NCBI GenBank assembly: GCA_965644295.1
Contig: CBFFRP010000419.1
Coordinates: forward strand, 1 to 64,000
Source of the DNA: Paraphysomonas bandaiensis
Taxonomy: Eukaryota; Protista; Chrysophyceae
Direction of reading: 5' to 3'
Length of the DNA: 64,000 bases
The notes under the pieces were generated by a model. That model searched no databases. It was not told the origin of the DNA and saw only the letters and a program-made list of their open reading frames with translations. Shown here piece by piece: positions 48,601-61,247 of this stretch. How positions within the stretch are numbered: position 1 is the first letter of the stretch; every line of letters starts with the position of its first letter. A program made the translations under genes and the position numbers.

Positions 48601-51600
48601 CATTTCTTCCAGATGAGCCGCCGCAAGTTCCTCCCGCAGACTCGCCTCCTTCCCTTGTATGCGAAGTGTATAAACTTCCTCTGTTGTAGATATTTTCGAT
48701 TCGATCTCAATACGATGTTGTCTCTCAAGGGCTGCAATGGCCTCAGCACTTTCGTTCTCTAACTTTGACTGCAACTCAGATAGTTTGAACTCAGTCTCTG
48801 CTCTCAGCTGTTGTTCTTGCATGTCCAAGTGGCTCTCCAACTCTCGTTGTGCGGCCGCATTGGCTTCTTCAAGAGCCCCCTGTAGCTCCAAAGAGTGCTT
48901 AGATTGAAGTGCGACTATCGTTTCCATACTTTCAGATGAGATGCTCTCGCGAAGCTGTTCCATATCCTGCATCAAGCCCTCTAAGTTTTAAGAAATGCAC
49001 TAGGGCATACGTACCTGCTCATATGCGACTCTCATTTCCTGTTTCTCCACCTGCATTTTACCCTCCATTTCAGCTCTAAGAGCGCTGATACGTTCTTCAT
49101 ACGTCTTTGTCAAAGCTTCCATTGCCATTTCTCTTTCTTTATTTGCATCCCTCCTGACAGCCTCGAGCTCCGCGTCATGAGCAGCCGAGATACCTTCTAG
49201 CTCCTCATCGTGTGTCAGATTCAAGCTGTGTCTCAGTTCATCCAACTCGACACTGTGCTTCATGGCCAGAGACTCTAGCTCCTCCTTTAATCTTACCTCA
49301 TAATTTGCATTCATTTCAGTAAGTTTATTGTGAAGCTCACTCTCGTATTCATCCTGTAGTGATAGTGTCACTGCATTCTGTTCTTGCAACAGCTTGCTGC
49401 GAAGCCTCGATATTTCTTTCTCGTGTATGAGCTCGATTTCCTCACGCAAAGACTGTAGGTTCTCTGCTAGCCTAGTCTTGTAAGTTGCCTCACTGTTCGA
49501 CAGCAATTGAGCCTCTTGGGATGCTTGCTCCACTTTAAGATCACGAATTTCTCGTTCATGGGATTCAACAAGACACTGATAGCGCAACTCATGCTCCTGC
49601 CGCAATGCTTCTATCTCTTCGATATGTCGGGACTTCAAGGCGCTCTCCCGAGATTCTTGGGTACGTTTGAAATGAGCGTGGGCCTGCGCAACGGATTCTT
49701 CTACGTACTTTGCACGTCCATCCTCGAGCTCAGTGCGTAGGTCATGCAGAGCACTCTGCATTTCATCTCTATGCTGGATCTCCAACTCAGATTCTCTATT
49801 CCTCAATGCAGTATCTACGGCTTCTTGCAAGTCAACTTCCATCGAATTCTTCAAACGCTGCATTTCCTCTTCGAATTCGGCCAACAGTGCGCTTTGTAAC
49901 CGCTTCTTATCATCCTCGAATTGCTGATTTAATTCTTCCCGGATTTGGTCCATCTCACGGTCATGCTGTGCAGCCATTTCTATTCTTTCTTCCCCGCGCT
50001 CAACGGAGTTGTTTTTATATATTCTGTCAATCACAGCTTTATGCTCCATTTGCAATGTCTTAATTTTTTCATCATAAGTGGAGATAACCTCTGACAATGC
50101 AGTATCGTGGTCATTTCGCATCTTTTCAATAAGTTCCTCGTGCTGCTGGATGGCAATGTTTCTCTCTGCAAGTAAAGTCTCTACCCGCTGTTGATGGGTC
50201 CTATCGGACTCCTCCATCAACTGATAGTGTTGTGCTCGTAACTGCTGCAACTCCTCCTCATGGGAATCTACAAGCCCCTCCCTTTCCTCTTCTACCCGAG
50301 AATCGTATTGCGCAGTGAGCTCCAGACGCAATGTTTCTATTCTCTTGTCATGCGTTTCTAGCAGCTCTGATATGCGGAATTCGTACTCCTCCACCAATCT
50401 CTCCCTTTCGCTCTTGGCCTCGTTTTCAAGTGCACATTTTAGCTCCGTCAGCGTAGTCTCGTAGTGTTCAGCACGTTGTTTCATATCATCTTCATTTTGC
50501 GCCCTCCACTCACTGTAAGCCTCCTCGATAGCTGTTTGAAGTCTCACTTGGAAATCACTTTCAAGACTTAAACTCCGATGATCAAGAGCCTCTTGCAGCT
50601 CTAACTTCTGTTGACTGATGAGATGCTCTTCTTGCCTTCGTAGAGCAATCTCAACTGCCTCTTCTTTCTCGGCTTCGAAGGAAGCTCGTACTTGAGCTAT
50701 TTCTTCAGCATGCCGTGCAGATAATGTCTCCTGTTGAGTCATCACAGCAGAAGACACATCATCTCTGAACTTGACAATTTCTGATGTACTGTGGTCATGA
50801 AGCTCCTGCAATTGCACCGCATGTTCTTTCTTGAGCTTCTCCACAGCCTTCCTGTGAGCATCGTATGCTCCTTCCAATTCTTTTGAATGCGTTTTAGACA
50901 TCTCCTCGAACTTTCTACGAAATTTCTTCGAATCATCTTCGAGTACACGTACAGTATCTCGTAGACGGACAATCTCCCTTGACAATTCTTTGTTCCGTTC
51001 CTCAGAGGTTTGAAACTTTAGTAGTAACTCCTTTCTGATACATTCGTTCGACTCAAGAGACGCATTCAATCGACTAATGGTTGCCTCGCGCTCCTCGGTT
51101 ACTGCTTCCACGTTACCGTGTATGTCGAGTAAGCGCCTCTACAATATATAGGTTTGAAATCAATCGCAATAGCAAAGGCAGTAAAAGAATACACACCTTC
51201 AGCATTTCCATCTCACTTATAGCTGCCTGACACTTGTTCTCAGCTACAACTTTTTGTTCCTCCACATCAGCAATACTAAAAATAATATTAAGCTCACACC
51301 TGAACTCCAAAATAATAAAACAAATTTACCGCTGTGATGACTGCTTTACAGTTACCGCAAGCTTGTCTTCAATTTCCCTGCCAATACAGAGTTAAGAACA
51401 TATACGACCTGTGACGAGTGCTCTCACTTTACAGCATCATTGAGACGAACTTTCAGCCGCTTATTTTCATTTTCAAGAGAGTGTATAGTATGTTGATTAT
51501 CTTGCTCCAATTGAGAATACTCTGTCTTGAGCTGAAATTGCAGTATTCAATCAGTTTAATAAATAAAGAACAAGTGATACTCACTCTATTCAATTCCGAT

Positions 51601-54334
51601 CGCGCTAGGGACAATTCTTTTTCTACTGAATTTACACGCCCCATTAACTCCGCGTTGCGAGAGTTACTCGTCAATGCGTCTCGAGTTGCAGAACTTACTG
51701 CTTCCTAAACACAAGAAATTATTACAAACAAAAATAACTTCAAACTCTAGATGTGACCTTTAGAGACGCCAACTCTCTGTCATGACTCTCTTTCTCACTT
51801 TTCATTGAACTGATTGCTTTACCATTCTATAGTAAAGACACAATGAAAAATATAATAATAGCGAGCATTGAACTGCACTATACCTCTTCCAACTTTTGCC
51901 TAGCCAACAAAAGGTCTTCTTTCAGCTTCCGGTTTGTCGTTACAGACTCACTTAAGTTATTGGAAACAGCACTATTAATGGACCGAAGCTCATTCAGCTC
52001 ATTCTTGACTGACTCCAATTCTTCTTGGGAATGCTTGGCCTAAATCCACCACGCATTATAATTGGCCACACACGAAGTATAATCCCGTGCAGAACGAAGA
52101 AAAATACACCCAGTAGATGTACCTGAGACTGCCACGCATCTGCAACTCTCTGTGCCCTTTCAAGCTGCTCCATTGGTTGCACTACTGCTTGTGAAGTCTC
52201 GTCCAGCGCACTGAAAAAACGAACCATTTACATACCGCCTGGACAAGCAAAATCTGCAACTTTATCCAGACCATTTTCTGGCTATGAGAACTCTAAACAT
52301 ACTCTACTACTACCACAATAGCACAAGGAATCTGACATACCGTTTTAACCAGCTGATTTCTTTTTCTTGCTCAGCAATCTTATTGTGAGATATAGCGAGC
52401 TCCTGTTGCAGTGCTGATTGCAGACTCGAAAGCTTCTTCTTCTGCGACGCCAGTTCACCCGCTTGAGAGTGAATCACTCGTGACATCTGGGACTCCAAGG
52501 CTGCCTTCTCCTTTTCATTTGCCTCATGCAGTTCCTGTAGTCGACTCTTGAGAACAGCATTTTCCTTCGCGTCTCGCATCTGAACGCTGCGAAGACGATC
52601 GAACTCCATTGACCGGGCATCCAGACGAGTCCTAAGTACAAATTTATAATTCGTAGTTCTAAAGTGATAGCTTCAATACAATAGTTCTACCTTAGTCTCT
52701 CAATCTCCTCTGATACTGCATGGATACCGGAATCTCCAATGACATCTCTGTTAACCAGTGATCTGTTCCGCACCTGGTCACAGTAAAGTCATCTCAAAAT
52801 ACAAACGATATACACTAATTTACAGTATATAAGCAAACTCGCATACCTTCTTCGCCCGGGATGCATATTTTAGCGATACCATTGTCTGGTGATAGTACTC
52901 GGAAAGCATATGCACAGTTGTGATCATGATTGTCTTCGAATTTCCTCCCAGGGAGTCCTTCAGAAGGTGGGTAAGCTTGCTATCCCTATATGGCACAGGA
53001 ACAATTGAAGGAGAGTTGTTTGTGGGAGAACGTGGAGCCATGCCCTTTCCACCTCGAGGAGAGGAAGCGGAAGACATCTGTTGCATCATGGCAGCTGCGT
53101 TGCGGGAGAGCGCGGATAGTACATTCCCTATCATGCAAACTTAGTGAACAGCGAAAAGCATTATATCACATTACCAAGAGCAGTAAGAGAGAGATTAATG
53201 TTTTGGGTTTCTATAAGAGTATCTCCCTCGGCGCCCGACATGGCTACCCGTTCGCTTCCTGCAAGGTCAACTAGATGAATTTTACCCAAACGTAACTCTG
53301 CGGGCTGATCGCTGCCAGTTGGTTCTTCGACTGCAGTGGTATCGCGTCGACCTAGACGACTCTCAACGTGTAAAGTAAGTATCGCATGGCTCCTGAATAA
53401 CTACATCAGTGGAGCCAAGCACCATTCAGAGCACTAACCTAGAGGATATGTCATTACACTGCGTTGATCCTGTCGCTCTTCCTTTATTTCCTCGGTTGAT
53501 GAGTTTAAACGCCTCCTGGGCAGTAGTCACAGGAATACGCAAATTGTGGCCGGCAAGAAACACCCCAGCGCTCTGGCTCTCACGAACCTCGATCTTGTCC
53601 GACCTATATAGTGAGATGCATTATTTTACGCAATGTAGATGCAATTCATTTCACCTAGATGAAGCAATGTTTGGATGAATCGTAGTAGGGGATGTGGAAC
53701 GGCCAGGAGGACGATCATCATGCGAGGTATCTAAATCCTTCGAAGCAAACTCCAATAAATTCCTAACATCACGTTTTAGATTTAAACTTGTGTCCCACGC
53801 ACCGCAGTACCTGAAGTTATTGTTGTACAACTCGACAAAGCTCAGTCGAACATAGAAGAACACGTCCTTTTCTTGGGCTGCTGTTGCCTCAATTATTGAG
53901 AATATTTCTGAGATAGCCCTAGGAATGATTCCAGGTGCAGCACTGGTTCCGGTCATAGTGTATGTCTTTCCGCTGCCCGTGCAACCAAGGGCAAATATAG
54001 TTGTGTTGTACCCTTGAATAGTGGCCCGAACATGCTGACTAACTCGTTCATACACATCCTCTTGAGTGCAATCAGGCGAAAATATCGTATCATACGTAAA
54101 AATCTTGTCATCAACGGCAGGCACACTCTTCCTTGACCCATGAGCTCCATCAGGGGGTGTTATCCGTATGGTTTTATCATCTATAGCAGTCAAACACTTC
54201 GACACTTCAAATGATCCATTAGTAGATGATTTTAATCCACGTGATCCACTATTACGTAATAAATCAGGTCGAACACGTATAAAAACTTGTACTGGTTCAA
54301 CTGATGAAGCCGTAGGATCGTCCCTGACTGGCAT
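42625..54334 (-). CDS. Giant kinesin: N-terminal motor, very long coiled coil, C-terminal ankyrin repeats; multi-exon
   Basis: [49 protein letters not shown]. More than 2000 aa of E/K/L-rich coil, then [22 protein letters not shown]. The single-gene model is inferred from continuous short introns. Confidence 0.8.
46862..47280 (-). repeat. 111-bp (37-aa) coding tandem repeat, ~4 copies
   Basis: [47 protein letters not shown] recurs at 46930 and 47041 (111-bp period). Confidence 0.95.
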
Positions 54335-55244
54335 ATGTATATATATGTACACAGATATCTATATAAATGTATACATAAGTAATTAACTTCTACAGGAATT
54401 ATACAGTTGAATGAATCAATAAGAACTATCAGACAATCTATAGAGATGAATGAATTGATGTCTTAGTTATATCTCTTCCCTCTATGAGTTAGCCTGATGA
54501 CTTGTTTACGATCGTCGTCCATGTATGTATGTGTATATATATGAGCAGATATATGCGTATTTTATAAGCGTTGAGATTCAAATTTTGCCTTTCAATTTTC
54601 ACACATATATAGAGGTGTGTATAGTTTGGTATATAAAAATAGGGAAAAAATTCAATTTTACGAAAATCAAAACTTGATTTTTGCTACTCCTGATTTTCGA
54701 AAATAAGCCGTCTGATAGCAAATCAAAAGTCAAGGAACCCCACTCATTGGCTATAAAGGCATATCGTGCACCAGCATTGGATTGTTATGATGCTTAGTGC
54801 AGCACAATGGTCATGAATGCACATCAATGACTATGAACTATATATCCTGCCCATTTCCGAGAGAATGTCCCAGTAAAGTACTAGTGTTGATTAAACTAAG
54901 CAATGTATTGGTTTCTATTACAATCCCGGCATAGCAAGTTCTAGATAGATCTACACTATACTTGCATGATCCAAACATGATTAATGACAAACCCCGTGCA
55001 AGTAGGGGAGGAGGGAACTCAGCCAATGCCATACTAGGCCTATATGGAGTCATACATGGCCTTAAGAAGCTCCACATAATCTTGGTTAGGGGATGGGAAG
55101 GTGAACCAGGCCTTGCTAGAATCTGTGCCATGCATAGTTATGAGAAATCCCGCGTAATCATTGACGTGGCAATCGATTTTACAAGCCAGTACTGTGTCTA
55201 CATTGTCTATGTAGAGTGAGTAACAGTCTATTAAAAGTCTTATT

Positions 55245-55735
55245 ATTAACAATAGGTGTTAAGAATCAGCACCAGCTTAGTAGCTAAATGAAAACAACTC
55301 AAGTTAGATAGACGTCTACCTGTAACTAGCTAGCACTAACTCTATTATCCTACTATTTAACGCTACGGAGGCTGCTTGTGCGTCGCCGCAAGCACCAAGG
55401 TGCAACGCAACTACCTCCGCTCTATCACTCAAAGCAAACGCAGTGAGCAAGCAGAATGTTGACGTACCTGACATCTGCTGACTTTAGGAGATTTGAGTCC
55501 TTAATGCGAACATCCCGGATGCTTGAATTCAGCAGGCAGGCAGCCCAATACCCGAGTTACCCTTGAGGTGGGCCCATTTTAGATGTCTGATTTTGTTCGG
55601 GCCCAAAGACGTCTACACAAGTGACACTAATTAGTGTCTCGTGTACCACACAACACACAAGCATTCGGCTATGAGTGGGTAGAACAATATCTGCTGTCTA
55701 TGTTTACGGCTCACGTTATTTTCCCGAAGAAAGAT
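55245..55735 (-). repeat. SINE-like structured repeat, copy 2 (body + tail)
   Basis: Colinear with 23384-23795. Its tail most resembles 24386-24545. Confidence 0.75.
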
Positions 55736-56225
55736 CTCTGGTACATATCCCCCAAAACACCACGAAAAGGTGCGAGTCCGACTTTGTTGAGGGAGTAGCA
55801 GGGTAAGAAAACACACGAATGAAGGAATTTTGTGGCTTCGGGGTGTTGACCGAGCTAGGACTGAAGGTTTATGCAAACCCATTTCATTATTCCTGGACAG
55901 CCAAAGCACACAAAATCTTTCCCTTAAGGTTATTATTAGAGAAATTTGTCCAAACGACGTAGAACAGCGTAAGAGTGCTGACTATGGTGAGTGGTGAGGC
56001 TAGCTGAAATACCGGCAGTCATGCAGTCGAAAACTAAACTTTAATCTCTAAGAGAATTGGAACTATCAAATGCACCAAAAAAATGCTTGTGATGGTAAGG
56101 GTATACCGGCAGACAGGGAAAATAATTAATCCCTAAATATTTCAAATGGTTCTATGCATTATATCATTTTTCTACTTCCAAGAATGTCGTTTTTGTTAAT
56201 TTGAGTTATTATCTCATCACTATAG

Positions 56226-57625
56226 CTACGATACGCAATTTAAAGTAACATCGGGTACAGCCAAAGGCGACACCGATGCTAAATCGATAAAAACAGGTGT
56301 CACCCCATTGTAGTTGGTCCCTTCCCAAGTGGGCAAAAGCGCAACATGTCTCATGTGTATGTCATTGTGCCTAAAATTCTTTGAAGCAAAAAAGGCAACT
56401 GCCTCATTTTTCGCATCTTCAGGTTTCCACTCTTTTAAACTAGATATCAAGTTGCTACAATCTACGTCACTGAAATATATTTCGGTGTCATTTTCCCTAT
56501 CATATTCCTCGCTTTCACCACCCCAACAGCGCAATTGCGCTGTGAACAGATACGATTCAGAACGACGATGAAGATGGAAGCAAATGGCAATGCAAGCACT
56601 TCTTTTGTCAGTAACGTGCACATGAATGAGGAAGAGAGTTCAGAAATGATACTTTGCCAGACTTCACCTTCGTGAGCAGTCGTAGCTGGGTAGTATCCAA
56701 ACTTCAAAACCACCAAATGCCCTGACTTGTCACATGCCAACCACACCTTTCCATCTGCACCTCCATGAAAATCTCGCAAAATATAGAAACTTTGAGTTCG
56801 AGGAGATGGTGGTCGCAATTTTAATTCAAAATTATTATTGCTTGGCAGTTTCTCCCACAACCAAGTGTCCGGTGTGAGTTTGATATACATTCTATTTACA
56901 TCTACCAATGGAACTCTGGTATAGGTAGCCATTTTCATCTTCAATATAGCAGAAACAAGGGAGGGGAATAAATCGGAACTGGTCTGAGTCATACATTTAG
57001 TACCATGGAGCTTCCTCGCCGATACTACAGCCTCAGATAGCACGAATTTGCCCTCCTGATGGGCAGAAGACAATCCCTTCGATATGTCATCTCCTGAAAA
57101 TTCTTTAAGAGCCGCCACATCTGTATCTGGCATCCAGCAAATCCGCCAATCCGTGTATGTTGTTACAATTCCAAATATTTCATTCTGTCCGTAAAAAGCA
57201 CGCAATCTCAGCATATAATCGTATAACTGGCCCAGTACAGAGAAGGAAGGTTTCTTGAGTAAACGTTTTCCCGGTAGTTTAACTTCTATCACTCCTAGCG
57301 GCATTCCATTTTTATATCTTATGGTCCAAATATCTGGCCTGTAGACACCATCTAAACACTCTGAAATTATATCAATCTCTCTCTCAGCCAAACCGCAAAA
57401 ATGAAACAGGTCTCTCATTAATAACTTAACGAAAACCGCGAGATCAATTTCGCTGCCATATCTAAGTGAATATCCCCTAGAATATGCCAATAAGGAAGAG
57501 TATATCCGATATCTCCTATCTGTTAACTCTGGTAACTGAACTATACCCAGAGGCGACTCTTCCAACTCTAGTAGTGGATCATATCCATTATTTAAGGAAG
57601 AAGACGAGTGTGTACAGTGCAACAA
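56226..57625 (-). pseudogene. Frameshifted PD-(D/E)xK nuclease + kinase-like gene (Crinkler/CR-effector type)
   Basis: RPDIW...GVIEVKLPG...LGQLYDYM...FGIVTTY..WRICW, then GGADGKVW, VVLKF, and in another frame HNDIHMRHV, FIDL. Frameshift near 56585. Confidence 0.7.
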
Positions 57626-58507
57626 ACTAGGTAGACCATATGAGATAAGATGCTCTAACGATGTGCTATCACAGGTAGATGTCTCTTCCTTCTTCTCTGT
57701 CGTTAGAGTGTTAAGGAGAGCTCTCCCTTACTCTAAGTCTGTTGACAACTGCCGATAGAGAGCAATGCAATTAGCTCAGTATGACTCATTGCACTTATTT
57801 CAGATTCACTATACATATGGAGTTAATATTATGTTGTATTAAATCTACCTAACAATTTACTTAAGGTCTCACATATCCATGTATGATCAAGGCACACCAG
57901 ACAACATGAAGCCCAAACATCTCAGATATGCCTCATATATTGAGACAACAATTATGTGTATTACAGCCGTAGTTGTGTATTAGTAATATACAGTATTTTT
58001 GCCTCAATAATTTTCCGAATAATAAGATACTGACTGCCGATATCTTGAACAAATCAACGTTTTATGTACGTATGTACAGCAGTATATACAACTGCATACA
58101 GGAACCGCGTTATATCGCGAGTGGCTGCTATTGTATTGTGTGGCCCTTCCACTTCTCTAATTTTTTTTGGCTAAGGGCCTTAGCCGGTATAGGCGTACGT
58201 CGTAGTATGTATACACCAACACTACCTGCGGTCCTCTCCCCTCTACGCATATATCCATACTGTATATGGACCATCTTGAGATCCTGGGTTCCCTTGTGCC
58301 CATTGCATCCAATAATGTTTGGCATCGTAGTGGTATCCAATACACTCACTCCTTATCTATGACATAACCATACTAACTAACTCACTTCTATATTACATAC
58401 ATTACATTAAACTATACATCTACAATCCCTTCGAACCCTCTACCTCCATACATACCCTCTGTATAATATTTAATTAACCTCAACACGTGTTTTCAGCCAT
58501 TCCTTCA

Positions 58508-59646
58508 ATGGAGAGGTATCAGAAGTTAGAGAAAATAGGGGAAGGTACTTATGGTATAGTCTATAAGGCAAAAGATCGTGTATCAGGTCAAATTATTGCT
58601 TTAAAGAGAATCAGATTAGAAGCAGAGGATGAAGGTAGTGATACGTATGTATGTGTGCGTATGTAGAGCTATAGATGGATGTGTATGTATATATATATAT
58701 ATATGTATGTGTATAGATACTATACATGTATATATATAACTACATATATAAATATATGTCCTGTACATGAATATGATTTGTTATTCTTTTATTCTAAATA
58801 TTTATCTGCACAGGAATCCCGTCAACAGCAATCCGCGAGATTTCACTACTTAAAGAATTACGGCACCCCAATATTGTTCGACTCTTTGACGTTGTACACA
58901 CGGAGAGGAAGCTGACTCTAGTTTTCGAATATCTAGATCAAGATTTGAAGAAGTACTTGGATGTGTGCGAAGGCGGTCTCGACCCTACAATTTTGAAATC
59001 ATTTCTTTTTCAGTTGATTACTGGTGTAGCCTACTGCCATCACCATAGAGTACTTCATAGAGATCTGAAGCCTCAAAATCTTCTTATCAATCGCGAGGGA
59101 GAATTAAAATTAGCGGATTTTGGACTTGCGCGTGCGTTTGGTATTCCAGTAAGAAGTTACACCCATGAGGTTGTAACCCTATGGTACCGTGCTCCGGACG
59201 TTCTCCTGGGCTCACGGCATTACTCAACACCAGTGGATATGTGGAGTATAGGTTGTATCTTTGCGGAGATGGTGAATGGAGCTCCTCTATTTACAGGCAC
59301 ATCTGAGCGTACACAGCTAGATACAATATTCCGACACCTGGGTACCCCCACAGAGTCAACTTTTCCGGGAATATCTCAACTTCCGGAGTGGGGTAATGAC
59401 TTCCCTTCGTACTCGACACCTAGCTCACTCAGCGCGGTTGTTCCGAATCTGGACGAGGTCGGGTTGGAGCTGCTTGGTGCACTCCTGACATACGACCCTA
59501 CTCGTCGTATCACTGCTCAAGATGCGCGTAAACACAGGTAGGATAAAATATTTGAGTGGCAATCTGAAGTTATTTAACGCTATATTCACAGATACTTTCG
59601 CGATATTCCTGAAGCGCTAAAGCGCGTTGGAGAAGATATGTCCTGA
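58508..59646 (+). CDS. PSTAIRE cyclin-dependent kinase (CDK2/CDK5-like); 3 exons
   Basis: [18 protein letters not shown]|[43 protein letters not shown]. Confidence 0.97.
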
Positions 59647-61247
59647 TTTGATGATTAATGCCTCCTTTGATACCTTAATTCGTGGTGGGACCTTATCATT
59701 TCCTGTATTTGATTACTTGTTTTGAGAGTAGTGTAGTGAATATCAAGGAATTGTGAGACTGGACACAGTGGTATTGTTATGAAATTGGGAGATGGTGCAA
59801 TAATAACCATTGATTACTGAGCCATTAATTTAATTTTTGTGTCGAAGATACTTTAACGTGCCAAACCATGAGCAGAGTGGGATGTCTACTATTCGCTCAG
59901 TGAACTATATTACAATGCTTTATACAATGTCGACAACTACTTTTCTGTAACGAAATAAGGGGATTGTGAATGTACATGAGGTAAAATGCTAAAATACAAC
60001 CAACTTTGATAGACTATATATGCATCCATACATTCTATCACTTTATGTTGATTGGTGTCCATTTGGCGATAACATGAAACTTACAAACGTTCTCCTTTTC
60101 CGAGTTATTTTATGCTTGATAGCCTACCATATATATCCAGCTGTCAGACTGTTCAATAACGATGGATTGATTACATTACCATTTACTATACAAGATGTCT
60201 AGAAGTACTTGTATCAATGCCATGGTATTTTTGTTGGAACATTTTTACTTATTTAGATCGTGAAAGGAATGATATGTCGTTAGACTAGATAGATAAATAA
60301 GATTTCAGGTTAGTCTTGATATTTAATAAGAATATACTTGATATTATTAGAGATAAAGATTGAACGGTAAGGCCTAATAGTATAATAGCAAGACACGTTT
60401 GAGAAGAGCGTTAGCACCACACATGTGCGTATCTTGTACAGTCGCGTATCATGTATAGTTTGGTAATTATTCAGTCTACTTGGTATTTCATTGTATACTT
60501 GTGTTGTATTCACGCGTTAAGAGATATACGTGAATCAATAACTCCTAATATAGATTATTATTATATTATTATTGCATAGGAAATTAAACACATCAACAAC
60601 ATAATTTTTTACTTCTTTCATATCGCCCCCTGATCCCTGATTAATTTCCGTATCTTGGATCGTCATGATACTTTAGTTTAACTAAATATAAACCATATGT
60701 TTCGAATGGTCAGTATTAGAAATGCTCAATAGATCAGTATAAAAAGCATGAAAGGCTAACTGTACTTTATGGACGACCTTTTATTCATAAGTAGTTGCAT
60801 CTTCTATTAGTTATTTTTCCTACTAGTTTCTGCATAAGATTAAAAATTCAATAATCGGATTACATAAAATACGTTCAAATTCCATTGCTACATCAACGTC
60901 ATCCTGGTGTTTGGGGAGACTATATACTTGTCTTCGATGTCACAATAAAACATGTGTGTTACCATTAGGTTATTGGCATCATAATCTCACCCAATACCAC
61001 ATCATGTCAACAGGTATTGGCATCACAACACCAAATCAATTCACACTACAGATATTTCAGCTCTCATAATTTCATACTTCAGTTTCAACATATAACAACT
61101 TCTACCTAAATACATATAATTATACTCAGTTTGAGCACATTCCATAATGACATACAACGCATAAGAAAACTGTTTGAAAAAATATTTTTCAGGACGGCTG
61201 TGTATATGGACAAACGCCTTATTGTCCATTGCACTGCTCTTTCACAA

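Noticed and set aside
55569-55615. Possible pseudoknot (TGGGCCC/GGGCCCA with TAGATGTCT/AGACGTCTA)
   Set aside because: Both stems involve self-palindromic words, a 1-nt connector is sterically doubtful, and pairing is weaker in the 23.65-kb copy.
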